A DNA stretch of 63,357 bases, filler included, from Octopus bimaculoides (Eukaryota): the NCBI RefSeq assembly GCF_001194135.2. It is 5 parts of 4 records of this genome, joined end to end, with 100 filler letters (N's around TTAATTAATTAA, not from the genome) between each part and the next. Parts side by side here need not be neighbours in the genome. Positions count along the whole stretch, not along the records: positions 1 to 15,844 come from NC_068987.1; positions 15,945 to 44,432 come from NC_068982.1; 3 more parts are not named here. One strand, 5' to 3'. This document shows positions 12,259-25,222 of the stretch, piece after piece. Each line of letters begins with the position of its first letter. Positions within the stretch are counted from its first letter, which is position 1. Below the pieces are notes generated by a model that saw nothing but the letters and a program-made list of their open reading frames with translations, was not told where the DNA came from and ran no database searches. The position numbers and the translations under genes are program-made.

Positions 12259-12329
12259 CGCAGTGGGACTGAACCCGGGACCATGTGGTTGGTAAGCAAG
12301 CTACTTACCACACAGCCACTCCTACGCCT
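12259..12329 (-). mobile_element. SINE family B head (tRNA-like)
   Basis: Reverse complement of the GGAGTGGCTGTGTGGTAAG...GGTTCAGTCCCACTGCG head seen at 61435. Confidence 0.85.
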
Positions 12330-13482
12330 GTATTTTTGTGAAAACTTTGATATCTTATCAGTATGTTTTGTAACCATCTGGTTTCAAGATTTATAGTTAT
12401 ATATGCATACATACATGTGTGTGTGTACCCCAAAGTAATATGTGTGTGTGTGTGTGTGTGTGTGTACGTATGTTTGTGTGCGCGTGCGTGCATATGCGTG
12501 TATATATAATATGCATGCATGGATTTATGCATATATGTGTGTAGGTGTTTGCAGGTGTGTCTAAGCAAGCGAGCGCTTGTGTGTGTGTGTGTGTGTGCGT
12601 GTATGTTTGTGTGTGTGTNNNNNNNNNNNNNNNNNNNNNNNNNNNNNNNNNNNNNNNNNNNNNNNNNNNNNNNNNNNNNNNNNNNNNNNNNNNNNNNNNN
12701 NNNNNNNNNNNNNNNNNNNNNNNNNNNNNNNNNNNNNNNNNNNNNNNNNNNNNNNNNNNNNNNNNNNNNNNNNNNNNNNNNNNNNNNNNNNNNNNNNNNN
12801 NNNNNNNNNNNNNNNNNNNNNNNNNNNNNNNNNNNNNNNNNNNNNNNNNNNNNNNNNNNNNNNNNNNNNNNNNNNNNNNNNNNNNNNNNNNNNNNNNNNN
12901 NNNNNNNNNNNNNNNNNNNNNNNNNNNNNNNNNNNNNNNNNNNNNNNNNNNNNNNNNNNNNNNNNNNNNNNNNNNNNNNNNNNNNNNNNNNNNNNNNNNN
13001 NNNNNNNNNNNNNNNNNNNNNNNNNNNNNNNNNNNNNNNNNNNNNNNNNNNNNNNNNNNNNNNNNNNNNNNNNNNNNNNNNNNNNNNNNNNNNNNNNNNN
13101 NNNNNNNNNNNNNNNNNNNNNNNNNNNNNNNNNNNNNNNNNNNNNNNNNNNNNNNNNNNNNNNNNNNNNNNNNNNNNNNNNNNNNNNNNNNNNNNNNNNN
13201 NNNNNNNNNNNNNNNNNNNNNNNNNNNNNNNNNNNNNNNNNNNNNNNNNNNNNNNNNNNNNNNNNNNNNNNNNNNNNNNNNNNNNNNNNNNNNNNNNNNN
13301 NNNNNNNNNNNNNNNNNNNNNNNNNNNNNNNNNNNNNNNNNNNNNNNNNNNNNNNNNNNNNNNNNNNNNNNNNNNNNNNNNNNNNNNNNNNNNNNNNNNN
13401 NNNNNNNNNNNNNNNNNNNNNNNNNNNNNNNNNNNNNNNNNNNNNNNNNNNNNNNNNNNNNNNNNNNNNNNNNNNNNNNNNN

Positions 13483-13515
<33 letters not shown>

Positions 13516-14294
13516 TTATTTATTTATTTATATATATACATATATATATAAACATATACATATACATATATGCACATATTCAACTACTACCGTAGTTGAA
13601 TAATATTCTTGAGACCGCAACTTATTCACACACAACGTATTTCAGAGCTTGTCGCTAATTCAGTTCTTGACTAAATTGAAAACTGTTAACATTTTTGAAG
13701 AGGAGTTGCCCCTAGCTACATTTTGGCATAAAAAATTGAGATTTGATCCAGTAGTAAAAAGTTTACATCAAAATTTGTAGCAAAGTTATACTAGAGTAAG
13801 TAATGCTACCAATCAAGTTTAAGTCTCAATAACTTTTTTTTAATTTTAAAAACAAAATATATTTATCCTATCTTCAATGAGAGAAGAAAGCATGACGAAT
13901 TTCATAGTTTTGGTTCCATGCAGCAAAAATTTGTATGAAAAACGTTGAGAGGTACAATATCATGAAAAAATATAAGTAAGGAAAAAAATTGATTTAAGTA
14001 TAATTAACTTTTTTATTTTAAAAACAGACTATATTTTAATTGAACTTAAATGATAGAGCTCAATTCGAGGAATCTCGTGCTATCAATCTCATGCAATAAA
14101 ATTTTAAAAGAAAAAAGTTATTAGTGTTTGTTTCTCAAATTTCAGGGTGATAATAAAGTTTTATATTTATTTATGAATATAGTTCTATACGGGGACTTTT
14201 AATATATGTTACCGGCGTCATTGAGGTAAGGAAAAAATGATCAACGACACTGCTAATTGACTCATTTGACACATTATTAATTTGCATAATAGCA

Positions 14295-15175
14295 TAGCCT
14301 GGAAAAAACATGGATTACAAGGAAAAATGCGAGCAAGAGAAATAATATTCTTAAGATAATAAACCTGGAAAATTACAGGACAAGTTATAACACTTGGAAG
14401 AGTTCAGGACAAGTTATTACATCCGGTAAAGTACAGAACAAGAAAATATTTACTTAAAATATAGCAGCTAAGGATAAAATCTGAATATCAAAAATTATTT
14501 GATTTTAATTTCCAAAGTAGCATTATAATTGTTTAGCATCATATTGTTAAGAAGTGGAAGTTTTGTCAAGAAGTTTTGCCGACTTCCCTTACTACACTAG
14601 AATACTTAAGAAATGAGAGCCAGAAGTACCAAGGTAAATTCATCATGTAAAAAATAGGTATTGGGTTAAGACTAAAAATGTGAAGACTTGGCAATAACTT
14701 AAGCAATGCCTCAAGCAAATTTTACTGTGAATTTGTTGTTATAGGTAGAATTTACTCTAATATATAACTAATTTTTGTATTATTCCACTTATTGTACTAA
14801 CTAATTATGTGCTACTATTATTTTTTATAACTTATTTTCAAATTTCTAATTATTAGTTAATAATTTAAAAAATGATTTTTTTAAAGTGCAACAAATATTT
14901 TAGTTGAGTTATTTTTATTTTTATAAAAGTAACAAGTAGTTACTTGTAATAAAAAATTTAGTTTTAATAAAATCTAATATTTTCTAAAGCTAAATATTTG
15001 ATTTGAAATTTTATACTTAGCTGCAATATTTTAAGTAAAAAATTTTCTTGTTCTGTACTTTACCAGATGTAATAAGTTGTACTGAACTCTTCCAAGTGTA
15101 ATAACTTATCCTGTAATTTACCAGGTTTATAATCTTAAGAATATTATTTCTCTTCCTCGCATTTTTCCTTGTAAT
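14295..15175. mobile_element. foldback-type element with ~180-bp inverted arms containing 29-bp subrepeats
   Basis: 14314-~14495 is the inverted match of ~14995-15175 (ATTACAAGGAAAAATGCGAG...); the right arm stops at a mariner TIR. Confidence 0.85.
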
Positions 15176-15178
15176 ATA

Positions 15179-15844
15179 TCAGGTCATCCCATAAGTTCTG
15201 TATGAATTTTGGATAAAGTAAACAAGTGATCAAATGTTATATTTAATTGAAATTTAATCATCAATGTACTTTCCATGATTATCTATGACCTCCTTCCATC
15301 TATTTACAAGCTTTTTAATCCATCAATGTAAAACTCTTTTGGTTTCAAAGCGAAGAACTCTGAAATGTCAGTTTCGACTTCCTCCTGGCTTGCGAAGGTT
15401 ATGTCCCCCAAATGATTCTGTAAACTACGAAACAAAGGAATAAGGTCGGGAGAGTAAGGTGGATGAGGAATTTTTCTCAACCAAGCTCTTCGATCTTCTG
15501 TGATCTTTGCAGTGTGGGGTTGCGCATTGTCCTGATGAAACATCACTCCTTTTCGATTCACTAAAGCGGGTCTTTTTTCTTCAAAGCTTCTTTCAAACGC
15601 TCTAATTGCTGACAGTAGACTTGAGTATTGATTGTTGCATTAGGTGGTAACAATTCAAAGTGAATTACTCTTTTGCAATCCCACCAGATAGAGAGAAGAA
15701 CCTTTTTCCATTAAGTTCTCTTCTCGGTTGTGGTTGAGCTTTTCCCTTTTACCAAGCCACTGTTTACGATGTTTAACATTTCGATAGAAGATCCATTTTT
15801 CATCACCAGTCACAAGTCTATCCAAAAAAGGGTGAAATGAGTTC
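15179..15844 (-). mobile_element. mariner transposon 3' portion with TIR
   Basis: LVTGDEKW, MFHQDNAQPH and HPPYSPDL remnants; TA followed by TCAGGTCATCCCATAAGTTCTG terminal repeat. Confidence 0.9.
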
Positions 15845-15888
15845 NNNNNNNNNNNNNNNNNNNNNNNNNNNNNNNNNNNNNNNNNNNN

Positions 15889-15900
15889 TTAATTAATTAA
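15889..15900. other. assembly linker TTAATTAATTAA between N runs (also 44477-44488, 58676-58687, 61353-61364)
   Basis: Identical 12-mer with stop codons in all six frames, each flanked by N runs of about 44. Confidence 0.95.
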
Positions 15901-15944
15901 NNNNNNNNNNNNNNNNNNNNNNNNNNNNNNNNNNNNNNNNNNNN

Positions 15945-16148
15945 TTATCTAGTGTTATATTGCTACTTTTAACTAATTTTCGTCTTTTCAGGGTTGCTTT
16001 GACGCATTTTTCTAATCCGAATTTCATATCTATTTCCTTGGTAAAGCCGTGTACTGTCTGTAGTAGTGTTTCTAGCTCTTTGTCATTCTTAGCATATAAT
16101 TTTAGGTCATCCATATATAGAAGGTGGCTGACTGTTTTCCCGTATCTT
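15945..16148 (-). mobile_element. R4/Dong-like RT fragment, 5'-truncated
   Basis: RYGKTVSHLLYMDDLKLYAKNDKELETLLQTV...KFGLEKC (YMDD motif); the 5' junction abuts (TAA)n. Confidence 0.85.
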
Positions 16149-16159
16149 TATTATTATTA

Positions 16160-16203
<44 letters not shown>

Positions 16204-16505
16204 GTTATTATTATTATTGTGACGACGGCGACGACGACGACGACGATGATGATGATGATGATGATGATGAACAAGAAGATGATGATGATGATGATGGTGA
16301 TGATGAACAAGAATATGATGATGATGATGATGATGATGATGAGAATGATGATGATAATCATCATCATCATAACCACCACTACCACCACCACCAACAACAA
16401 CAACATCACTACCACTACCATCATCATTATTGGCATCATGATCATCATGATCATCATGATCATCATCATCATTGTCGCCGTCATTATTATCATCAGTATT
16501 CTTAT
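16149..16505. repeat. compound trinucleotide microsatellite (TAT/GAC/GAT/CAC/CAA/CAT)
   Basis: Read directly from sequence. Confidence 0.95.
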
Positions 16506-17635
16506 TGATGTACTACATTGTCAGTTTCATGAGCTCTGGTTACGGTCGTCAAGAGAAATCGTCCGTACATACTTCAAACACATATCACTTCCCACCATAT
16601 TTTCACTATTCAGACGCTCCAAACGAAGTATCTACGTAATGTGAACCAGGATTTTCTGACTGTCTTTGTTCTGAATCTTTGTTCAAATATTGCGGGATTT
16701 ATTGTATAATTCAGATTTTCCTTCACAATTTTAAGTTGCTTCTTCGCTATATCTTCAGCTGTGTACCAAAAACGTACCGACTTCAAGCTATTGCAATGTT
16801 AGATACCCGTCGTTTTTACTTTGATGGCAAATGAACGTATCGATTATCCTATAGTAAACACATAGAGTAACTCTCCCCGTTAAGAGTTTTTGACTCTAAT
16901 CATCAAGTAAGACGACAAACACATTTCACTTATATTAGCTGGACTGCTTTCTTTCGTTAAAAGTTACATATTCTTAGCTTGATCTTGAATTTTTTATAAT
17001 TAAAATATACACAATTATGGGAGGTTCGTCCCTGAACTATGGGAGATTGCTTAGCGAGACTCACAATTTTTTTTAAAAATTGAGTTTCTAATTCCCAAAA
17101 CATACCGTGACATATTTAAATCATATATGTACTCGGCAAACACCGTTTTTCTATTATTTCCGTTTCGAACATTTAAGATACTATACGGTCAGTTCTTTCT
17201 TTTTCATTCGACGGACGTTTCTGTTTCTTATCAAATAACATTATTAATATACTCGATCCAAATAACTAATACGAATATCTAAAAATGAAAACCTAAAAAT
17301 TATGCTTTATGAAAAGCTTTTAAATAAAAAAAAGAAGATTAATGCTCTTTCTAAAATATGGCTGCACGTAAAAAGTAAGTAAATATATTAATACAATGTG
17401 TTCTGAAACGTGGTTATGCTACAGATAATGTTAATATCCCAGGACACGAAGTGAAACACTAGAAACACTACATTAATGAAAGGAAAATGTTTACACCTTA
17501 TATTGTTTTATCGATCAGTTTTTTGGGGAAACACTCGACAAACGCAGAATGAATATGCATAATGCGACGTAACATAATCAAGTCAAAACATGACAAATAA
17601 ACTAGTAATAAAAATATTGATGTTAACAATATCAA

Positions 17636-17674
<39 letters not shown>

Positions 17675-17686
17675 AGCAGCAATTTC

Positions 17687-17935
17687 GAGGCAAGGGGAAT
17701 TTTATCGAACTGGAAAGGGCGAAATTTGAACTATGGACCTAAAGACGGACGAAATGCCGTTAACCATTTTACCCCGGGACGATAATAGTTCTGCCAGCCT
17801 GTTGCCATGATAATAGCAATAATGACCACTTACGAACAAGGCCCGAAATTTTTGGGGAAGGCGCGAGTCGATTATATTGACGCTAGTGTCTCACTGGTAC
17901 TTGAATGCTGCTAAGCATTTCACCCGGCGTACCAC
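17687..17935 (-). mobile_element. two decayed, internally deleted SINE family A copies head-to-tail
   Basis: Two runs of reverse-complement similarity to the 3358 copy (~17687-17806 and ~17815-17935). Confidence 0.65.
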
Positions 17936-17959
17936 CAATTCAGTTCGTTGCATTAAATG

Positions 17960-17960
<1 letters not shown>

Positions 17961-18033
<73 letters not shown>
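17961..18033. repeat. (TAA)n microsatellite
   Basis: Read directly from sequence. Confidence 0.97.
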
Positions 18034-18946
18034 CTGGAAATAGAGGTGAGATCCAAGCTAAAACTGGAACAGCAATGGATCATGATAAAACGATTGCAAG
18101 AAATATCCCTTCATGGCAAATGTTGGATTAAACTAAGCAAAAAAGACATGGACAAGACCAAATTCTAACAATGGCTGAGAAGCTCAGGACCCAAAGCAGA
18201 GACTGAAAATTTTTTTATTGCAGGACAAGCCCCTTCCACCAGAAATTACCAAAAACATGGAATGAAATGAAATACAACCAGCTGCAGAATATGTGGAGAT
18301 GGACAAGAAATAAGAAATTATATTGCTTCTGGTTGCCCAGTCCTGGCTAATAAGGAATGTATTCACAGACACGACAGAGTTTGGATCTATGTACACTGGA
18401 AGCTGTGCCAACACTATGGAAGAACAACAGAAAGAAAGGTGGTATAGGCACACGCTAGAAAAGGTCGCAGAAAATGAGAAAGCAGCCATAATCTGGGATA
18501 TGCCAAGAGACACAGAGAAATTAAGGTTAATAGGTCGGATATAGATGTCAGAGATCACCAAGACAAAACGTGTGTTTTAAATGATGTATCAATACCAAGA
18601 GATGAAAATATTTCTCTAAAAGACACGGAGGAATTTTCAAAATACAACGACCTGGGTATAGAGGTAACTCGTATGTGGTGTCTAAAAACAGAAACAATTC
18701 CCATCATAATAGGCATATTAGGCATGAAAAAAATATTCTCAGACAAATACATAACAAAAACACTAGCACGGACAAATATATAACATACAAAATATAGCAC
18801 TACTAGGCACCGCACACATCCTGCGTAAAACATTTTCAATACAGTAAAAATGAGAGAAACACAACAAACCTCAGTACATACCCAAGTCACACAGAGCTGC
18901 GCGCAGTAGTGCACTGAAAGCGCGCGATAAAAATAAGACTACTGAA
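18034..18946 (+). mobile_element. 5'-truncated R4/Dong-like non-LTR retrotransposon
   Basis: QWLRSSG.KAETE, knuckle CRICGDGQE...ASGCPVLANKECIHRHDRV, REL-like DVSIPRDENISLK...KYNDL.IEVTRMW.LKTETIPIIIG; 3'UTR homologous to 131-230; TAA repeats on both sides. Confidence 0.9.
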
Positions 18947-18951
18947 TAATA

Positions 18952-18983
<32 letters not shown>

Positions 18984-19034
18984 AATAATATTAGTAATAA
19001 TGCTTTCTACTAATAATGAAAAAAACAGAAACAA

Positions 19035-19185
19035 GACGCCGTTGGTTATGGATGCAAAGGAGGGACCTGAAGAAACAGAAGCACTTATATGCACAGCACA
19101 CCAACAATCACTGAGGACAAACTATATGAAGTGTAGAATTTATAACACAACTGAGAAAGACAACAGCAGAATGTGTGGTGATCCT
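19035..19185 (+). mobile_element. short R4/Dong-like fragment (different subfamily)
   Basis: WLWMQRRDLK / ETEALICTAHQQSLRTNYMKCRI...RMCGD. Confidence 0.65.
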
Positions 19186-22100
19186 GCTTACAATGCAATC
19201 CTTGAGCCTTTTGATATTTAGGGTAAGCGAGTACCCTACAAATGGAATATGTCGCCTATTGTACATGCATATTTTTTGTGATGCATAGGAGTTATGATTT
19301 CATAACATTATTCCGGTATTTGATCCATGCTTAATGTAACTTAGTTTATTTTTTCATTTCCCCGAAGATTATGAGATGTTTAAAGCCGTTCATGATTATT
19401 TTGCAGGTTATTTCCTTTTGGTTCATATTGTGTATTCTCGAGTAGCAATAAAAAAAAAAAAACTAGGATTTTAATTAGAAATATGCTAGGTCATACCATC
19501 TGCCACTTCCTTTTTGATCACTCTTTTATTTAGCAATTAAGAATGGTTGCTAAATAATGATGATGAATAATGTATTTGCATTTGTATGTATCGGTTATAT
19601 GATGATGATGAATAATGTATATGAAATGTATATATCGGTTATAAGCGCTGATATATGTTGTACAGCTATATTAAATATTACTTTTTTATATATATAATAC
19701 ATTCATTCACTTGTTGTCACTATTGTAGCGTAGCTGATGACTTTGTATTAGTGACTGCACAAGGATGAATGAAGAATGGCATGTTCCATTTTTTCCCTTA
19801 AACTATTCATGCTCATTCGTTTAGACGAATATATTTCCCGTAAATAGAAGAGGTGCAATTTAGCCGGCTCGTTTAGAACAATTTTGTGAGATCTTATATT
19901 TATTTGGTAAAAATGCGTGTGCTTCAGTCTGCACACTTCGCTGTAAAGAGATTAGCATACGAGTACAGGCACACCTACATGCCTGTAAATGCGATTTCAT
20001 TATATGTTGCGCATGAACAAACCAAAATCTCAAATAACTCCACTTCATATAATATACAATTCCAAGAAAAATATGGGATGGACAATTTACATTCATCGAA
20101 TCTTTGAATATATTCTAACTTTATTACTAATTAATAATCTATATAGTCACTGATTTTGGGTTTTGGTTCTCTGCAGCCTAAGTACATTCTTAAATCATAG
20201 CTCCGTGTGAAACCTCGTTTAGTGTCTGTGTATTTAGAAACTAACTTAAATCGTTTTATGATATTTTCACTTTAGTAACTGGTTTCAGTCGTTTCCTTCT
20301 CCTATACTTGGATCGCAATATTTCATACACAATATGAACCAAAAGGAAATGACCTGCAAAATAAAGGTGTGTGCAACGAATACCGAATGCAGCATACTGT
20401 AAAAGAATCGATTAAAGAACAGGACATTACCCATTATCTTTGAAAAAAAATCTCCAATCGAATTCAAATAAGTCGCTTTCAAGGCCTCTGTCAGTAAAAC
20501 ATTACAACTTCTGCAATCCATGCAGGAGCTTTATCAAATCACATCTGGATATCTCTTCACAGTGACAGATTTTCGGACATTTTTCAGCAACATAAAATAT
20601 GCTTGCATGTTTAAAATAACTCATTTTAGTGGTCTTCATCAAAGTAACTTTAACACAGAGTCCGTTAATGCAGTCTGTTCGGTCATTGCCTCTTGTTGAT
20701 AAGAAACACGTGGTAATCAATAAATACAACTCAGCAAACATACATCAGCCACGCATACATTCACACAGACACTCACACGCACACATACACACACACACGC
20801 ACACGCACGCTCACGTACACACTCATACACGCGTACACACACATTTGCTGTTTTTATAATCGAGGACAAATTAAGTGATACACGAACTGAGAGTAAACGT
20901 TTATGAAGATGACATAAACGTCTGTTACAGATTTTCTGTTCATTGGTGGTTACGTTATTTAGGAGAAATTGAAAAAAAATGTGTGTATTAGCAAAAGTTA
21001 TTGCAAAATATTCATAATATATTGAGTAATATAGACACACGTGTAATTATATACAGAACGTTCTCTATATCCTAGTGGGTTTTAAATTTGCTGGTCGCTA
21101 TTCGTATCAGTATTTACTAAGCGGTACAGATCTTTGGCAAAAGCGAGACTACGTGGATAAATAGCGCAAATCAAATTCAGAATTTCTTGTTTAGTTTTTG
21201 AAAATTCAATGTCTACAATAAGATAAATTTATCATTAGCTAACTTCGCGAGCTTTGAGTCAAAGAATACCTGTTTATGGTAATTATTTATGCATATTTCT
21301 TTAAAATCAAATGATAAAACGCCCGATATAGTATACTATATATTGTTCTCTTTTGACCATTGCATGTGAGGTATTGGAGCGACCACAGAGTTATTGTTAA
21401 ATTGAAAGTAATATAATGTTAGTCGTGTTTGAATGTGACGCTGCCTTTGTTTCCCATAACCTGCAAACTTTCTATTTGAAGTAGAAGCAAGTGAAATTTT
21501 CATTTGTATTTTATTAGTCTATGTTATTGTAGACTTTTATTCAAAGCAATCAATAAGTTAACTTAATTTCATAAATTAATCCCGCCAAAATGATATCTTC
21601 ACTTCAGTATCAACTAGTTTACATGTTATATAGTTATGAAGGAGTTGAGAATTTACTTAATGTTCTGCCTTTTCAATAATATGACATCAAACTAAATACT
21701 CTTATAATTATTCTTGTCTTTCTCTACTGTAAAATGGTGCCATTGACCCACGTTAGCATCTCGCAGTGTGGTAAACCATATGTTGATTTTTAAGGCAAGT
21801 GCTTCTGCCATCAGTATTTCTGCATGAGAAAAATACGCTTGATGTACTGATATTGCATATTGTTTTGCTCGTAGCATTTTTCTTTTTTTTTTCGCGTCAT
21901 TGCAGACATACTCCTACCAAAATCCTATGATATTGCGCCTAACAACATTCTACCACACTTGATCTCTCTATATATTTCTTGTTCCTTGAGCAATTGTTCA
22001 TCCCTAGGTTACCAGTTGAAATCTACCACCGTAGGTATAACCCTATATATGTTTGTAATATAATTATTGACGACTGGTGTTGGACTATCCTCAGATTACA

Positions 22101-22388
22101 TGCAATAGAATAATCTCCCTATGAACAAATACTATTTTATACTCAATAATTGTGCTGGTTGCACTACAGCAAAGGTAGACTTTCATATGTATCGTCTACT
22201 AATGATTTCAAATTTATAATAGCCTGTAGCTTGGAAGAAAAAGGTAGAATAGTTTGGATGCCGATTTGGTTTCTGGCCTACCTCATGGACTGGTAGAAGC
22301 TCTTTAACCTTCGTTGCTAATCTACCGAGGAGAAGAACATCTCCAAATTAAGACTAAGGCCATGGAGGTTCCCGGTTTGTCAGCTCTC

Positions 22389-22439
<51 letters not shown>

Positions 22440-22448
22440 ATATTTATA

Positions 22449-22483
<35 letters not shown>

Positions 22484-22619
22484 GAATTTATATATGTATA
22501 TAAATATTTGTGTGTGGAGGAGAGTGTGTATTAGTGTGTGTGTGTATATACGTATGTATATGTATATGTGTGTGTGTATGTAAGAATATGTGTACGAGTA
22601 CAGTCTACGTGGATACGTA

Positions 22620-23472
22620 GTCGCCATCTTGCATTTTCACTTTCGCGCATGCGCTTGAATTGTCTATGAATATGTCGACGACATAGTACTGTACAGTCAG
22701 TTGGGCACCGTCTGTAAGGAAACCAATACCATGACCTAATTCACTTTGGCAGACATTTTGAAGCGACATGCTCTACGGTTTGGCATTTGCACCGGAAGCT
22801 CCAATACGAACATTTCAGAGTGTTTCGGTGTCAATCTAAGGACAATGCAATCTGAGGACATGTATCCAGAAGGCTAAAAATGAAATAATCAGTGAACATC
22901 ATAGTGTTTGGAGTGATCACTAGCGATGGTAACGTTATTCCGACAGTCATCTTCCCATACGGCCTCACACTCAACACAGAAGCCTACATCGAGTACCTGT
23001 AGGAGCTAGTGCTGCCTTGGGTCAAGAAAGTGGAAGCTGGAAGACCCTATGTCTAACAACAGGACTCTGCACCATGCCACGCATGCTGACATCTTAGGTG
23101 TCAGACAATTTCTGCGGCCATATCCTCCCTAAAAACTGGCTACCTAACTCCCCATACTGCAACCCTCTTGATTACTTTGTGTGGGACACAGTTGAGCTAG
23201 AGACCGGCAAACTTCCTTGTAACACCAAAGATGAACTGAAAGCAAGGATTATGGCAGCATTGACCAACTTATACAAGGAGACCGTCCAGAAGAGTTTCAG
23301 AAGATTCCGAAGTCATCTGGTTGAAGCCAATGGTGATATTATTGAATAAATTTACTGTTTAGTATTTCAAGATATTTCCATATAATTTTGGTAAATGCGA
23401 TTGTTAAAATGAGATGTCAGTGTCATTTTCAATTTTGCGTAATTTAGACGATAGTTTACTCACCGCATCCTG
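22620..23472 (+). mobile_element. internally deleted Tc1/mariner-superfamily element, maT(DD37D)-like
   Basis: IVFGVITSDG, QQDSAPCH, W.PNSPYCNPLDYFVW...EANGDIIE*; 3' end ...CACCGCATCCTG. Left boundary uncertain. Confidence 0.8.
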
Positions 23473-24976
23473 TGTGTATATATATNNNNNNNNNNNNNNN
23501 NNNNNNNNNNNNNNNNNNNNNNNNNNNNNNNNNNNNNNNNNNNNNNNNNNNNNNNNNNNNNNNNNNNNNNNNNNNNNNNNNNNNNNNNNNNNNNNNNNNN
23601 NNNNNNNNNNNNNNNNNNNNNNNNNNNNNNNNNNNNNNNNNNNNNNNNNNNNNNNNNNNNNNNNNNNNNNNNNNNNNNNNNNNNNNNNNNNNNNNNNNNN
23701 NNNNNNNNNNNNNNNNNNNNNNNNNNNNNNNNNNNNNNNNNNNNNNNNNNNNNNNNNNNNNNNNNNNNNNNNNNNNNNNNNNNNNNNNNNNNNNNNNNNN
23801 NNNNNNNNNNNNNNNNNNNNNNNNNNNNNNNNNNNNNNNNNNNNNNNNNNNNNNNNNNNNNNNNNNNNNNNNNNNNNNNNNNNNNNNNNNNNNNNNNNNN
23901 NNNNNNNNNNNNNNNNNNNNNNNNNNNNNNNNNNNNNNNNNNNNNNNNNNNNNNNNNNNNNNNNNNNNNNNNNNNNNNNNNNNNNNNNNNNNNNNNNNNN
24001 NNNNNNNNNNNNNNNNNNNNNNNNNNNNNNNNNNNNNNNNNAAAGAAAAACACTCACTGTTAGTTTCCCATAAATATAATTTATATAAGGGCATTAACAA
24101 TATAGTAATGCCTCACGCTTAGAGGGACTAAATAAGTCAAAAACTACCAAAAAATAAGCAACATATTTACCGAAAGCGAGGAAATGCAGCTTTCAAAATT
24201 AATCTCTTAAAAACATTTTACTTAACGGCAAACCACTGGTTTCTCAATCAATACAGCAAGACTGTGAAGTAAGCTGCATCTTTTGTTCATGAGTACACGT
24301 ATGGTCGAGACACATAAAAATAAACAAGAATCAACATACCACGATGTACCCAACATAGTACGATGACTTCTGTCCATCATTATATATCCGTGAAAGAGAT
24401 TAGAATTTATCCGGTTGCATCTCAGTAACATGTGCTTATACAGAATAATATTCAGCACTGAATATATTCCAATTATTTATAATNNNNNNNNNNNNNNNNN
24501 NNNNNNNNNNNNNNNNNNNNNNNNNNNNNNNNNNNNNNNNNNNNNNNNNNNNNNNNNNNNNNNNNNNNNNNNNNNNATATATATATATATATATAATTAT
24601 CACAAACAAAAGGGTAAAGGATTATCATTTTATTAATTTAATAAAAAATTAATAATTAATGATTTTTACCAAGCCCTTCGGTATGTAAACACCATTATCG
24701 GTGAAGAACTTATTTAAAAGTTCTTATACCTTTATAAACATAATTAAGGGGTCAGCAACAGGTGATTCACCACATACCGAAGTTCAGAAATAGCAGCTAA
24801 AGTGCTGAAACTCGAACAGATAGCAGTACTTGTAACTCACAAAGGCAAAACAAGAAGAAAATTAACGAACCTAACCAGCCGTAGTTAATCATAGACGCGT
24901 TTCTGGCGTAGAAGGGTAAACACTCTTCATCAGTATGATATTCCAGTTGCAAATTCGACGATGCTAGCAATTGTGC

Positions 24977-25007
<31 letters not shown>

Positions 25008-25019
25008 CTGATTTCAAAT

Positions 25020-25222
25020 TTTGGCGCAAATCTATGAATTTTGATGCCGGGGTTAGGTGGGTTGCAACGACCCCGGTGCTCAGCTGGTAATTATTTTATC
25101 GACCTCCATAGAATGAAAAGGAAAGTCAGTCATTTCGGAATCGATCTCAGATCATGAAGATGCATAAGATGCTCCTAAGCATTTTACCCGGCGTGCTAAC
25201 GATTGTGACAGCATGTCGCCTT
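25020..25222 (-). mobile_element. SINE family A, old copy
   Basis: ctggtaattattttatcgacc...aagcattttacccggcgtgctaacgatt, reverse complement of family A. Confidence 0.75.

Noticed and set aside
7003-13603. Long ORFs containing X or poly-CV/HT/YI
   Set aside because: Produced by N gaps and dinucleotide or tetranucleotide repeats.
15889-15900. Recurrent TTAATTAATTAA between N runs (4 sites)
   Set aside because: Artificial six-frame-stop contig linker. Adjacency across these points should not be trusted.
17355-17382. ATGGCTGCACGTAAAAA|GTAAGT as a first coding exon
   Set aside because: Very short, no downstream partner exon identified; expected by chance.
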